Assembly: GCA_039096225.1 (NCBI GenBank)
Contig: JBBPEB010000014.1
Span: forward strand, 1,116,001 to 1,180,000
Direction: 5' to 3'
DNA: 64,000 nucleotides
From: Blastocystis sp. Blastoise
Lineage: Eukaryota > Protista > Bigyra: Opalinata
The stretch's first letter is position 1. The number at the start of each line of letters is the position of its first letter. The notes beneath the pieces were generated by a model. It had not been told where the DNA came from. It saw only the letters and a list, made by a program, of their open reading frames with translations, and ran no database searches. A program made the translations under genes and the position numbers. Shown here in pieces: positions 16,883 to 31,538 of the stretch.

Positions 16883-18913
16883 TCACACTTCATGCATTTC
16901 AATAACTTTTGAGTTATTCGGCGAGATATCTATATTAATAGAAACAGTAGTATGATCGGCAGGTATAACTGTTCTATTAACATTATCTTCAGGGAGACTA
17001 ACTGGTTTAGTGGATTGATAACCATGATAATCACATAAAGCAGTTTTATGAGCTTTTAATTGTTGTTTACATAATGGACATATTGCTCTTCTTCTATACC
17101 ATTTCTCTAAACATTCTATAATGATGAATATATAATTTGATATTACTTGTTGAAAAGAAGAAATAACGTTATAAATAAAATATGATAAATAAAATATAAT
17201 AAATATATGATAACTACAATAAATAATAAAATATATAATAAATAAAATATTTAATAAATAAATAATAAATAATAAATAAATAATATATAAATAATATATA
17301 AATAATATAATAATAATAACTATGAAAACAATAAAACAATGCATACCACAATGAAATGCATGCCCACATTCAAGATTATATATATAATCATCGTCTTCAA
17401 TAAGATTCAAACAAATCATACATTCATTATCTTTATGATCATCCAGAGAATAGTCAGGCTCCATATCTGGTTCTATATATAGAAATAGATATAGAAATAG
17501 AGTGCTTGTATATAATTCTATATGATGAATGTCCTACTTTTATAATTCTTTTTCCATTTCTGATAGGTAATTTGACTTTTTGTTTGTTGTAAGGTAACGT
17601 CGTTAATAGTTAAAGATATATATCTTAATAGTATAATCAATATATATCAATAATAGTATATTATATATATAGTATATAAGGATATATTGTTTACTTCTGG
17701 AAGTATAGATTCCTCAATGTTCCAATATCTTAACTATAATGTATATATAGGAAATATATACTAAAAGGTTTTTATAAATTAAAGTATCAAAAAAAAAAAT
17801 GAAATTAGGTAAAATAATAGTAATAATAATATAAATATATACTTCAACAATACCCATGGTTACCAGTTGTCTTTCCATATTGAGTAGAAAAAGAAAAGTA
17901 ACAATATTAACGCAAATATATAATGATCCAAAAAGAACAAGACAAATATAAAGAACAAACAATGTTGTATTTATATTCTATATAAACAACGTGAATACTG
18001 TAATTATTACAAAAATACATATAAAATTAATTAGTTTAAAAAATAAGGATTACAAAACATACACAAGCTTGTATTTGTTCATAAAGATATGCACCATAGC
18101 TAAGCCAAGAAAAAGTCACAATTTTTATAAATTAAGGTAAACAAAAATAGATATATATGAAAGATAATAAATTATTTAAAATAGATATATATGAATGATT
18201 ATAAATTATTTAAAATAGATATATATGAATGATTATGAATTATTTAAAATAGATATATATGAATGATTATAAATTATTTAAAATAGATATATATGAAAGA
18301 CAATAAATTATATAAAATAGATATATATGAAAGATAATAAATTATATAAAATAGATATATATGAAAGATAATAAATTATATAAAATAGATATATATGAAA
18401 GATAATAAATTATTTAAAATAAATATATATGAAAGATGATAAATAATTTAAAATAAATATTTATGAAAGAAAATGAATTATTTAAAATAAATCTATGAAA
18501 AATTATATAATATTAAATATCTAAATCTGATTCAGTATGTATGAATGATAATAAATTATTTAAAATGGATATAAGAGACACAGAAAAGAGAACTAATGCA
18601 GGAAATTTGTATTTTGATGGAGATTCTGTTTCAAGTGAATAACACCAAAGATCTCCACCAACAAGAAAAAGCAATAGAAATCCATATATAATACACCAAA
18701 TCTATATGATTGAAAAAAATTTCAAAAAACTTCACAATGATTAAAGAATAATGAGATGATAATGTAATGTACTGCAAGAATAGTAGAACAATTATCATTG
18801 ATAGCAATTGATCCAACAGAAAGGGATATACAACTTAAAATAAGGAAACTAATAAGTTTCGTTAATGTAATCCATCTTGGAGGAGTAGAAAAGTAGAAAT
18901 CCCAAGATCTCAT
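16883..18913 (-). CDS. Multi-pass membrane RING-H2 E3 ubiquitin ligase
   Basis: N-terminal hydrophobic helices; C-terminal CMICL...LECGHAFHCECLEKW...CPLCK (C3H2C3). Confidence 0.85.
17602..17685 (-). other. U12-type AT-AC intron in the RING E3 gene (phase 0)
   Basis: Minus strand 5' ATATCCTTA, branch-site-like TCTTTAAC, 3' TTAAC; joins PEVNN|DVTLQQ in frame. Confidence 0.88.
18123..18572 (-). other. Probable U12-type AT-AA intron in the RING E3 gene
   Basis: Minus strand 5' ATATCCATTT, branch-site-like ACCTTAAT about 9 nt before an AA end, no AG acceptor nearby; joins LFSVSL|IVTFSWLSYG, completing a TM helix. Confidence 0.65.
18144..18572. repeat. 34-bp intronic minisatellite, about 10 copies plus a degenerate copy
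   Basis: Unit AAAATAGATATATATGAAAGATAATAAATTATTT at 18144, 18178, 18212 and onward. Confidence 0.9.
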
Positions 18914-19499
18914 TTAAAGACAAATGAAGAATTTTAAAATATTACAAAAAAATAGTTGTAGAATTAAGAAAGACATATGCTTGAAGGAAACAAAATAATA
19001 AAATGACTCAATTTGAATCTTCTCTTTGTTGACGCATCATAAATATCGAATTTTTATTGGTAGATACTTTGACAAATAAAACGCCCTAGTTTACGGATAA
19101 ATATCGAAAAAAAAAAATCATCATTAGTCAGTTGTTATCTGAAAAATAAATATATATTTAAAGGAAAAAATTTTGAGAATTTTCTTTTTATTTATAGAAT
19201 TCTTATTTTTAAAATAGAATTATAGAATGAAAAGCCATTTATATCTACAATAATAAAAAAAGATGAAATGTTCATTAATTTTAGATATATTTGAATATAA
19301 TCATTTTTAGTCAAATAAATCCAAAACTAAACTAGGTTTGATCATATAATAAAAAATGTTTTTTGATCATGAATAATATTATATCATAAAGCATATTATA
19401 TATAACATATAAATACATTTGAATATCAAATATAATTGACTACTATTATATAATAAAGCATATTATATATATACTATCAAATGATTAAAATAAATTAGT

Positions 19500-20474
19500 T
19501 TAATAAAGAATAGGGAAATAGGCATTCATGTTGATACCACAAATACCTTCACCTTCTTCAACATAAGCAATCTTAACATAACCATCAAGACCCCAAGAAG
19601 TACCCCAAGAGTTTCTAACAAGTAAATATTTCTTTCCATCTTCTTCTCCAGAACCAACAACAACAACAGCATGATTACGACTGGTACCACATTCTTCAGA
19701 ATCAATAATACCACCAGTATATTGTTTAAATACAGGTTTATCAGCTTCAATAGAAACAGAAACAGGTTGGTTTTGAAGAGCACTAACTAAAGAAGCACCA
19801 CTATTAACAGTAACCTTAGAGAAAGTCTTAATTGTAGGTAAAACTTTAGTACATGAATCAGCAGTACAAGCATTATCAGTAGCAGTATAAGGATAAGATT
19901 CTCTTGAACAAATACTATGGAGTTCATAATAAACAAAGGCAGTATCAACATTACCACCACCACAACCAGCAGCATTATTAACACAATCAACTAATTGTTG
20001 TTCAGAAAGTTCAAGAAGATTTCCTGTCTTGATAGCATTAGCACTTTCAATAGAAGAAATAGCAGAGAAAGCCCAACAAGAGCCACAATGGCCTTGATCT
20101 CTAATAGCATTGACAACGTTCTTTTCTCTCCAATCAATAGGAGTGAAAACACTAGCTTTCTTACTATAAACAGTAACATCACCTCTTAACTTACTATCAT
20201 AGTTACAACCACAGAACTTACCATTCTTGAACTCTTCGTTAGTAAGATCAGTAAAAATAGTTAAACCAAGAGAATAAGAATGACCTTTTTGATTCTCAGC
20301 ATTGATGTAATCGATGTTTTCAGCAAAAACGGAAAGACGATATTTGTATTCAGCATCTGTATACTTCTTGTTGAATTTAGAAAGGAAAGAATCATAGTAA
20401 GCTCTGTAATAAGCATTGCTATGTTCTAAGGAAAACACAGCAGCAATGAAGAAAAGTAAATAAATAGCCTTCAT
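19500..20474 (-). CDS. Papain-family (C1A) cathepsin L-like cysteine protease, intronless
   Basis: Signal peptide, I29 prodomain (ERFNIN-like, FTDLTNEEF), QGHCGSCWAF, NHAV, RNSWGTSWG. Confidence 0.96.
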   Translation of the reverse strand: MKAIYLLFFIAAVFSLEHSNAYYRAYYDSFLSKFNKKYTDAEYKYRLSVFAENIDYINAENQKGHSYSLGLTIFTDLTNEEFKNGKFCGCNYDSKLRGDVTVYSKKASVFTPIDWREKNVVNAIRDQGHCGSCWAFSAISSIESANAIKTGNLLELSEQQLVDCVNNAAGCGGGNVDTAFVYYELHSICSRESYPYTATDNACTADSCTKVLPTIKTFSKVTVNSGASLVSALQNQPVSVSIEADKPVFKQYTGGIIDSEECGTSRNHAVVVVGSGEEDGKKYLLVRNSWGTSWGLDGYVKIAYVEEGEGICGINMNAYFPILY

Positions 20475-21823
20475 TTTAATAGAAAACAATAATAAATAAA
20501 AATGGCTTCGAGTATCCATGTATTCTTAGTCATAATCTGTTTTCCCTTTTTGATTTCGATGACGCATGTCTATGATGCTTTATCATCATTATGACAAGGA
20601 GTGGCTATAACACGTTTATGCAAGTTAGATTCGAGAAACTTAATAATGTTCCTATTATTGATTTGATGTTTGTACCCAATTATATATGACACATATTAAT
20701 TAGAGTCAGTAGAAGTCATTATCGAATTCAATGTGTTTTCAACTACAATAATTACGGGAATAACATGCTCATTTACGATTATGGACATAAACAATAATAT
20801 TAATGTAGAAACCTGTGTTTCCATACCCTGTTTTTTAATGCTTTGTATCCATTAATTTTTTTCTTGGAATTACTTTTTCAATTATTATAGCTATATTTAT
20901 ATTTACTCTATTTTTAATAATTTGCATAGGAACTCAAGTTCTTGAATATTATATGACACATCATTTTGAAGTTTTTCTAGTCTTTGTGGGTAGAATCTCA
21001 TATTTTTTTCTTTTATCAGAAAAATGCCATAAGATTTGAATAAACGAATCTAATCCTTAAAAGTGAATACTAGACAATAAACGAAAACTTCTACATTTAT
21101 AAAAAAATGGTGAAGAGAATTAATTTTGTTTATTAGGATTCATTGTTACTTATTTGATGTGAAATACTAGAGAACATAATATGTATAAATCTCAAAATCT
21201 TGAAAAGTTTGATTGTAATTCTTGAATAGTGTTTATTTTAAGTTTCTAATTAGCATCGTATGTTCTAGACCATTCAATAAAAAATATAATCAGTGTACGC
21301 TTTGGAAACAAATATGAACAACAAGATTCAACCTATTGATATCATCTTTATTAAATCACTTATATGTAGATTTCAACACATATCAATCAAATTGAGAACA
21401 TATAAATGAGAAATCATATTGATATTCAAATCATTTGCATCATTACAAAGTTTGTTAGACTTGAATAGGTAAGAAAACATACAAAATGAATGGACTATGG
21501 GCAAAGACGAATTGAAAGATCTTGATAAACAGTGTTCTACTAGCAAACAAACCATGCAGAAAAGACTGTATATCATCTTATGATTGATTACTATGATCTT
21601 ACTTTCTCTTTTAGTAATAAAAGCACAAAAAAATATGGAAAGATGAGGAATGAACAGTTCCGTATTTATTTTCAGATTATTCTTAGAATTTCAATGAAAT
21701 TTTAGTAGTTTTACGTGATTTTTCGTGTAGCAAGTTCACTTTTTATTGTTTATTTTGAAAAGATTACTTATTTAAACATATATTTTATTTTTTTTTTCTT
21801 TTATTGAATTGATTTAAAAAAAA

Positions 21824-24800
21824 ATGCAAAAGAGAAGATTTGGAGATAGTTGTTATGGTATGCTTTTAAACAATTTACATCTATTTTAAAAATAATCAGG
21901 TTATGCTGATGACTCTATCCGTCAGATGTTCGGAATGATTGCTGATAATAACAAGATAGAAACTAGTGGAATTTTGGCTCAAATATTATCAAAATTAGTG
22001 TTAGAATATGCTAATGATGATGTAGAAAAGCCTGGTATTAATTATGTATTTTTCTCTCAATTTGAAATTCCTGTTCATTTCTTATTACAATTGATTACAA
22101 ATCCTGCAAATGATGATATAGATATTCAAATAGGCATTCGTTCTTTATCTATCGTTTATATTGTTTTGAAACAAGTATTAAAAATCGAAAATGCAAAGAA
22201 AGCTAAACGTGATGCTAAAAATGGTATTTTTAATTCAGAAGAATTTATTAGTATTAAGAAAAGTATTCAATATTCTTCTCATCTTGATGAATCTTTACCA
22301 GACGAACTTGTTTATATTCCTTCTTTGGTTGAATTTAATAAAAGTAAAAGTTTTACTTCTGTAGCTTATAGTATTTCTCCTTATGTTCTTACGATTCGTA
22401 AACATGAAATGATTCCTCTATTAACAAATCTATTGAAATTCCCAAATCGTGGTATTGTACAACTTACATTAAAGGTATATTCTATATTATTTATTATAGT
22501 ATATTTTATTCTCTTTGCTTTTATTATTTATAGTATATTTCATTCTCTTTGTTTATTATATTATTTTTGTTCAATATCATAACTATATATTTCTTATATT
22601 ATTTTGTTCAATATTAATATACTCTTTATTTTATATATTATTATAGTTTATATTAATATATATAATATATTCTATATATTTAAATAGGTATTAGTATTAT
22701 TATGCCAGATATCTCCTCGTTTTATTGATGATATGTCACAGTCTTTTATTGCTTCTGTATTCTTTACTGTATTGAATAATATTGAATATGAGGCTTATCC
22801 TCCTTATATTGATGCTAGTACAAGTGGTCTTATTATTCAAATTACGAATTCTATTGGTGCTTCTACAAAGAGAAAAGAAAAACAAGAAGTAAAAGAATTA
22901 TATATTAGTTCTGAATGGATAGAAGGAAAAGAAGCTTTATTAATTACTTTATCGGATCTTATTGGATACGTAAGTCGATTAACAAGTGTGTGCACAGAAC
23001 TTTATGATTCTGGATTATTTACGACTCTTTGGGGTATATATATATAGTTTTTATTATTATATTGTTAGGTTAATTATCATTATTAATTATATTCTTATTG
23101 TGTATATTTTTATTATTATTAATTTATTTAATTAATTTTAATATATATATATTTATGAATTAGTATTACACTATTTTATATTTAGTATTAATATTAATAA
23201 TTAAGAATATTTCTATTCTCCATATATACTCTATCTATATATTTCTTTAGATTTATATATTAATTATGCTTCTCATTCCAAATTGGCTCCTTCTATTCTT
23301 CAATCACTTGTATCTTTATCCTGTAATCTTCCTAATTTCTCCTTTAATGAAGATATTCCTACTGATGTTAAAACTATACTTGTTTCCAATCTTACTTCTG
23401 CCAATCATACTGTTGTTTCTTGCTCATTATACTTTATATATCGATCTATTTATGAAGGAGCTATTACTTTATGGTTAGGTATACCTGGATTATTTGAAGG
23501 AATATTAAATGTTTATGTCAATAATCATAGTAATGATAGAATTCTTATTTGTATATATATATTATATTATTTTTTATATTATATTATATTATATTATATT
23601 TTATATTATTTTTTATGTTATATTATATTATATTTTATATTATTTTTTATAAATATTCTTTTTATAAGTATTTTATATAATAATAATATAATAATAATAG
23701 AATAATAATAATATATAATAATACTATGCTCTCTATATAGTTGATATATTACATCGTTTATTCCAATTCCATGAGACTCCTAATACATGCTCTTTATCTT
23801 ATTCTTTACCTCCTTATTCTTATTCACCTGGATTATATTTCATTGTATTAAATCAATTATTCTCTGTTTTCTATGTTCGTATGCCTGCACTTTATCCTCC
23901 ATTAGCATTATCCTTCTATTTACGTTGTTTACGATCTTTTTCTCCTTCTTATGAATTCTTTAATCCACATTTAAATTATGTTGATAATAATAATAAAACG
24001 AATGTATTTGCTCATTTAGGAGGAAATCGTTCTTCTTCTATTTCGAATTCTAAAGAAATTGATTCATTAACAACTTCTCCTTCTTCTCCTAATGGATCTT
24101 TAAATACGAAACAGAGTAATTTTGGTATTAATTTTAAAGGATTTCAATCAAAATTATTTGAAACAAATAAACAAATTACTCAACGAAATGAAACCATTGA
24201 AAAATCATTATATTATATTTATAATATTAATAAAGATGATAAACAAATTTTTGATAAGAATAATTTTTTAAATAAGAATTCAGAACCCTATCAGCGTATA
24301 CTTGATACAGTTCACAATAAATATGTAGATATATCTAAAAAAATTGAAGATATTGGTAGTGTTCAATATTATACGACTTTAAATATATATGAAACTGAAA
24401 AAGATTTTGAAGGTCGTGTCTCACGATGTATTTATTGTGATGGAGCTAAAGAATGGAAAGATAGAATATTTGTTATTACTGGACGTTATTTATTAGAGTA
24501 TATTTTTATAATAAAATATTTTTTTTGTCTTTTTCTTTATTATTATAAATAACTTTTTATCTATTTTTATTCATTATATAAATGTAAGTCATATATAATA
24601 TATATTATATGTAGATATAAAGTAAGTGATTTAAGCCATTTACATAAACGATATGATATTTATAATTGTCATCTCAGTATTTCCAATGAGAAACTGGGTA
24701 AGAAAAAGAATAAAGAACCTTGTATTGTTATTTCTATGGTACATTTATTTAATTATTCTAGTTATTATTGATAATTTTTAGTATTATTATTTATTTTGAT

Positions 24801-25805
24801 TCTTATTATATATATATATGATTATTAATGATAATTATTTTATATAGTATATTAAAACTTTCTGATTATAATAATTATATATATATATATAGAATGGTGA
24901 GGAGATCTTAGCTTTTACTCCTTATCCTCCCTTCCCAATAAATCTCTGGTTTAATATACTTGTTGTTATTACTCAAAATATCCATTATTTACCTCCTTTT
25001 GTTACAGATGTCAATGAAAGCGAAAATGAATATAGTATATAGATATATATATATATATATATTTATTATATCTAAAACTATATCTCCATATTCTTTATAT
25101 ATAATCTTCTATTCTATGTATAATATAATATAATATATTATATATCTTCTTTATAGCTCGTCATTTTAACTTTAGAGATATTGAATACTTTTTCTATGGT
25201 CAATTACCTGTTTTACCCTTGGATTCTCTTGTTGATAAACAAGTATATAGTTTGTATAAATAACATGATATTCATATATACATATAAGTATTTTGAATCC
25301 TATTAATTATTTATATATATATTCATTATATATATATATAGACTGTTGATATTATTAATACTCTTATGGAGAATGGAGGTATTTATGGATTCAGTTTTAT
25401 TCAGCGAATTGTTCAGATGATTCAAGCGTATATATACATGATTATTTATTGTTAGATCATTATATAATGAATTATTATGATTATTATATAAATTTTTTGT
25501 TGTATAGAGTTTCATATTCATATATATATATATATATATATATATTATTTCATATCTGAATATCTCTGAATATCTCTGAATATATATATATATCTATAGT
25601 CCTGGATATGAGAGTGTAACGAGTGCTCTTTATTCTAAAGGTCTTAAAGATATATTTAGTTATAGAGACCTCAATTATAAAGAACAACTTGGTGCATATT
25701 TCAAGGCTAAGCGTGATAGAGATTATGTGAATATTCTTTTAAAGAGTAAAAGTAAATTTATGTATATACAACAAGTGTGTAAGACCTTCTTTGAAATTAA
25801 AAAAA

Positions 25806-25882
<77 letters not shown>

Positions 25883-26296
25883 AGTTATCTTTCCATTTTT
25901 ATAATACATATATATATAGTCTTTCTATATTAACGGTTCTATTAATTTAACACCTTCTATTCGTCGTTCTATTGCTTTAAGTAGACCTAAATCAGAAGTG
26001 GATAATTTAGGTGAAGAACTTTATACTCGAGATATATATATATGTAGAAATATTGATTTTGGTATACCTCCAAATATATTAAAAATGATTGATACTGACA
26101 AGAATGATGAAATATTCAGAAAACGTGGAGACCGTGGTATATATATATATATATTTATATATAACTTTATATAACTATTTGTGTTTATTATTTTTATAAA
26201 TATATATTACTATATAATAAAATTGATTTCTATATAGATTACAATGAAACGTATATATATAAATGTCAACATAATGTTGAAAGAGTATATTTGTAA
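21824..26296 (+). CDS. Large helical-repeat protein with a PH-like domain, function unknown
   Basis: About 13 exons joined in frame by GT-AG introns; EGRVSR...KEWKDRIFVITGRYLLEY...INLWFNIL is PH-like; stop at 26294-26296. Confidence 0.65.
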
Positions 26297-26854
26297 TGAT
26301 TCTTGTGATCCTAAAAACGTGATTTATTTTATTCTAATTCTCTCTTTTATTTAATTTGTATATCTATATGTAATGTATATTGTATTCTTTTATGTTAGTT
26401 TTGAAATATTCTACTTTTCTTCTTCATATTTTTATTTAATTTATTCTTTCTCTTTCATTTATGTTATTTAATAACTTTAAGAGTTTATAAGTATTTTCAT
26501 CTCAATTACGCCACTTTAAAAAAATAGAAAATATGTTATCAAATAAAGCAACTAAAAGAGAATATATATACCGATTATAGTAATAAAAAAAAAATAGGAA
26601 GAATCAAATAACATATACAAGAAAAAAAAGTAATTGAAACTTAAAGCAACTAAAGTATATCTAAAATACTTAAAAATAGTAGAGAAGAAAGAGTAAGATA
26701 AATAAAAACACATATAAAAAAGTATTCATCAAAATAATAATTTGTTGATTGAATATAAATAAAATAAAATAACTAAGGTTGATCATTACTAATAAAAGTA
26801 ATATATATATATATATAGCTTTGTTGTTTCTTAAAGAGAAAGAAAAATGATCTA

Positions 26855-27978
26855 TTACTGTTGACGAAGAATTGCAGTTAGACTATGCATGATCCCAAAT
26901 AATAAGTACATATCTTCAGGAACCATAGAAGGAGGAACAATAATAGAAAGATATATAGGCATAAGATTATTTCTATTGGTTTGTCGTTGTTGATTGATAA
27001 AACATTCTGAAGAATCAACAGTAAGAATGGTGACACGACTATATATAATAATAAACATAATAAACATAATAATAAACATAATAATAATAAACATAATAAT
27101 AATAAACATAATAAACATAATAAACATAATATACCTAGGATTACAACATGAATATTTGCCATGAAGTCTTTGCATATATAACGAATCATATCCCGTAAAA
27201 GTAGTACTACAACAACAACATCCACTTTGACCGATACTTCCCGCGGGAATATCACGATCATTATAAACTTCACATAATCGGTTACAACATCCTTTTTGTT
27301 CATAAACAATAGTTTTAAAGACTTGATGTTTATTTAATGATGAACATTCTAATGTATATTTATCTAGACATACATCTCTACTTTCATTTCCCTATAGAAT
27401 ACATATAATAAATAAAATACATATAATAAATAATATACATATAATACATATAATAAATAATATACACATAATAATACTTACTTGCATAATTAAGGTTTTT
27501 TGTTGATTATTTCCTGAGACACCATAAATATCCCATACGAATGTTTGTGAACAAAAATTTTTAAAACTGGAACATATTTCAAAACGACGATAGTTTGCTA
27601 AGAGGGAACTCATGAAATCCATTTCATTTTGTTGAGGTATGACAGGCATGATATTGGGATTCATCTGTTGATCAGGATATACGGGAATAGCCATAATAGG
27701 AATATTAAGATCATGTTGAGGAACTACAGGTACAACACTGACAGAAGGGTTAGCAATCTCAGTTGGAAGAGTCTGCTGTTGATCAGTCATTTCCACTTTC
27801 TTCTCAATGTGAACAGCTTCTGGCTCATACGTTTCCATCTATATAACAAATAGCAAAATGTGGATGAATATTAGAGAAAATAAAAGGAGAATGAACCTAC
27901 AGGAATAGCAATGGGTGCAGTTGAAGGTTGAAATTCGTATTGATTATTAATAGAGTATTGTTGAGTAATATTTTGCAT
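26855..27978 (-). CDS. Phospholipid scramblase / Tubby-C-like protein
   Basis: Pro/Gln-rich N-terminus, Cys-clustered beta-rich core (GCCNR, GCCCST, SCCNP) and hydrophobic C-terminal helix; 4 exons. Confidence 0.55.
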
Positions 27979-28234
27979 TGTAAAGAATAAATAAAATATA
28001 AGTTTAAAATAAAAATGAAAACTTTGTTACATCTGTTAAATAGAACTGTATGCTTTCATTTCTAATAAGATTTCTGGTCGATAACACACGGAATCCCAAG
28101 AATTCGTTATTTCTTTAAATCATTTAAAGAAATTTAAAAAAATTTCTTAAAAAAAAAATCTGAATTTATCTGAAAAGAATTGAAAATTTAAATTTTGTAA
28201 CTCATTAAAAAGAATATAAATAGATACTGTAGTG

Positions 28235-28856
28235 ATGGGAAGACCGAAAGGGAGGAAGTCAAAGAAAAGAAAGATATCAGAAGAAGATGATGAAGAAATT
28301 AAAAGTGATAATAGTGTATTTCAAGGAAGAATGCGTCGAACTAAACAAAAAAGAGATGAAATTCAGAATGAGGATGATGTTGGACGAGCTAACAAAAACA
28401 AATCTTCAAATGATGTTTCTCACGAAGCTAATGTGTCTCTTTTTGGAGAGCTTCCATCAACAAATCCTCCTGATTTCTTATTGAATCAGATAGATCATAC
28501 TTCCAATAATCGTATATCTGCAAATGTTATTGGTAGTATGGAACAACCAATACCTCAAATGAATATGAGTGATTTGTCTGTATCTTTAAGTGATGACGAA
28601 GATAAGATGAATGAAAATCAAAATAACAACTATCAAAGTATGTTTATGTTTATATTAAAGAATTCATGATATATAATATATATATACATATATAGATCCA
28701 TGTAGTGTTACAGATTTTCTATATCAATATCTTCATCCGACTATTCAAAGTTTCTTTATGGTTAATTCTACAACAGAATATATTTCTTCAGATATACCTG
28801 TATTCTCTTTAGTTGATTCTTTAATCACATTACTTAATCAATATAATATTGAATAA
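28235..28856 (+). CDS. Hypothetical nuclear protein (basic N-terminus), 2 exons
   Basis: MGRPKGRKSKKRK NLS/AT-hook-like start; one GT-AG intron; second exon open to TAA at 28854-28856. Confidence 0.62.
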
Positions 28857-29136
28857 GTAATGTTTTCTTTATTATTATTCTTTTAGTTATTTTGTTAGAT
28901 TTTTTTATATGTAGTATAGTTTATTTTTCTTGTTTCTATATTCATTAATTGTAAAATGATCATTTTTGTTTGTTTGTTTATTTAAATGATAATGATGCGA
29001 AGGAGATCAACATAAGGAAACATAATAAATATAGAAAAAACAAAAAAAAAAACAATTAAAAAATATTTATGACCAAATAATAATGAAACAAATAATGATT
29101 CTATATAAATATATATACATATATAAATATATGCTT

Positions 29137-30652
29137 TTAGAATGGCATATCATCATAATCTTCTCCGAATTCATCTTCATATTTTGCCATTTTTCCTAAA
29201 GTATCTTTTAATTTTAATTTTTCATATTCTTCCATGTTCATTTTCTTAAAGTTTTGTGTTTGTTGGAAATCACTCATAGCATTCTTATAATCATAACTAT
29301 TGACCTATAGAAGATTATAAAGTAAGTTATATATATATATATATATATTATAATAATTATGATTAGATAATAATAGTTAAATTAAATAAATAGATTTATA
29401 TATACTTTAGCAAGTTGTTTCTTCGTACATGAATGTGACATATCAATACATATAGTAGATTGTAAATCAATCGATTTTGGATCAGATACATATTGTTTTA
29501 ATAAACGAGGAATCTCTTCATCATAACTAAAAAATTCATATATATATATATTATGAATTGTATTATATATATATATACTCATTTAATAATTCTTCACATT
29601 TACTTCCAATTTGAGATGGATCTATATTTAATTATATATATAAATAATAATAATTATATATATATACGAGAATAGAATGTAGGTATATCTTCACAGAAAG
29701 TTTCCATGAGATTATCAAAGAATAATCCTCTATTTATATATTTTACACTAGCTCTACGAGTCTATATAGAATATATAATAGAATGATATAATAAATAATA
29801 AAATATATATTAAATAAAACAAATATAATAATATAATAAATAATAAAATAAATAATAAAAATAAATATAATAAATAATAAGATAATAAAAAAATAATAAA
29901 CCTTTATATACTCTATATTCTAATAAACGAACTACATTTAAACAATTACCACATTTTCCTTTAACATGAGTTGTATCAATATTTAAATAATTAATTTTAC
30001 ATAAATTAGCAAAACCCATACATACTACTCTTGTTAAATAGTTAACAATTTCAGTATCTAGTTGAGAATTCTTGTCAACAATAATATCTGCAATTTGTGA
30101 AGAATGCTCTTTAGTTATCGATTCACATGTTTTACGAACATACGATTTATATCTATATATAATATTAATATAGATAAAGTGTTTATAGTATTTCTATACT
30201 GAACATAGGTTGTCGCATCAGAACATGAATCAACAAATCTAAAGAAGATATAATGTTTTAACTTTTTTTATATATAAATGTATAAAAACATACCTTTTGA
30301 TAACTCTCTTTTTTATAGCTTCTTTTTCTTCCTAAAATTAGTAAATCAATTATATATAACATTAAGAACGTATATATACTTTATCATCTGGATACATAGG
30401 AGTATAAACACCTGTTTCGATCGATTTCTGTTCAGCATATTTGTATTGTTCAATATCAAATTGTCTCCAAACAGCTAATAAATTCTCCATAACTGTTCTA
30501 CAAGCATCACAAGTCTGCTGAGTACCTCCTCCTAAATTCATAACGTCATCAGTATCAACTTTATTTTCATATTCTGGAGGTACGAATAAAGGATCAGCTA
30601 CTTGAGCAAATACATATGTGATGAAAAGGAAGCAAATCAAGATTCTATTCAT
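29137..30652 (-). CDS. Secreted protein with two saposin-B-like domains, 8 exons
   Basis: Signal peptide; two C-x2-C...C...C...C-x5-C sets (CDAC...C...CESI...CMGFANLC; CGNC...C...CEEL...CIDMSHSC). Confidence 0.7.
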
Positions 30653-31538
30653 GCCTTCGATAATATTTTATAAAAAAGAAAATAAAGGAAAAACGGAAGT
30701 TTGATGAAAAAAAAAATCATGGTTTTATGCGATAGTTCACAGAAATTAACACATTTTTTCAGATAAAATACATTTTTTTAATTATTGGTATGAAAATGTA
30801 TAATAAATACTATTTACAGTTAGATATGAGTTATAATCCATGTTTTAACTAAGACAAATACTAGACTAACATCAAATTAAGAATTATTCATTTGATTACG
30901 TTGATTGATTATAGATTATTTTATGAAAATAGATGAAAATTAATATCATACATGATACAATCAATCTATAGAAGATTATATTAGAATGACTAATTGAACT
31001 TTTCATTGTATCATGATGACGATTATCAACTAAAAAGGGTAATATATGTTTTAAAAAGAATAATTCATAACTGTATACATTAGGATTATCTTATAACATT
31101 TATATTTTTTGAAATAAAAAGTTAAAAACAAAAAAATAAACAATATAACAAAAATAGAACAAGATTAAGGTATAAGCAAATTAGAATACAAAACAAAAAA
31201 AAAACAGTATATAGAAAGTTTACAAATAAGTGATATGAGACATTTAAAAAGAATTAATAAATAATATAAATATATATATATATATAATGAATAATGAAAA
31301 ACAAAGTGTAAGACTGACAAAAAGAAGAAGAAATACTGATGAGTAAGAAAAGAGTAAGAAAAATGAAATACTGACAAAGATACACAAAAAAAAAAAACAG
31401 AAAATAAGAAGAATTGAGAAATATCATATGAAACACGACAAAGAATAAATAATATATATACAATCATATTATAAAGAGCAACTAGAAAAAAGAATTATAC
31501 AATATATAAAAATAAATAAATAATATATAATATACTAT

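Noticed and set aside
18144-18572. CRISPR-like periodic repeats
   Set aside because: Head-to-tail units with no unique spacers, inside a eukaryotic intron, and no cas genes.
28960-28980. TGTTTGTT motif linked to poly(A)-created stop codons in Blastocystis
   Set aside because: All complete genes reconstructed here have genomic stop codons; other copies of the motif fall inside opposite-strand exons.
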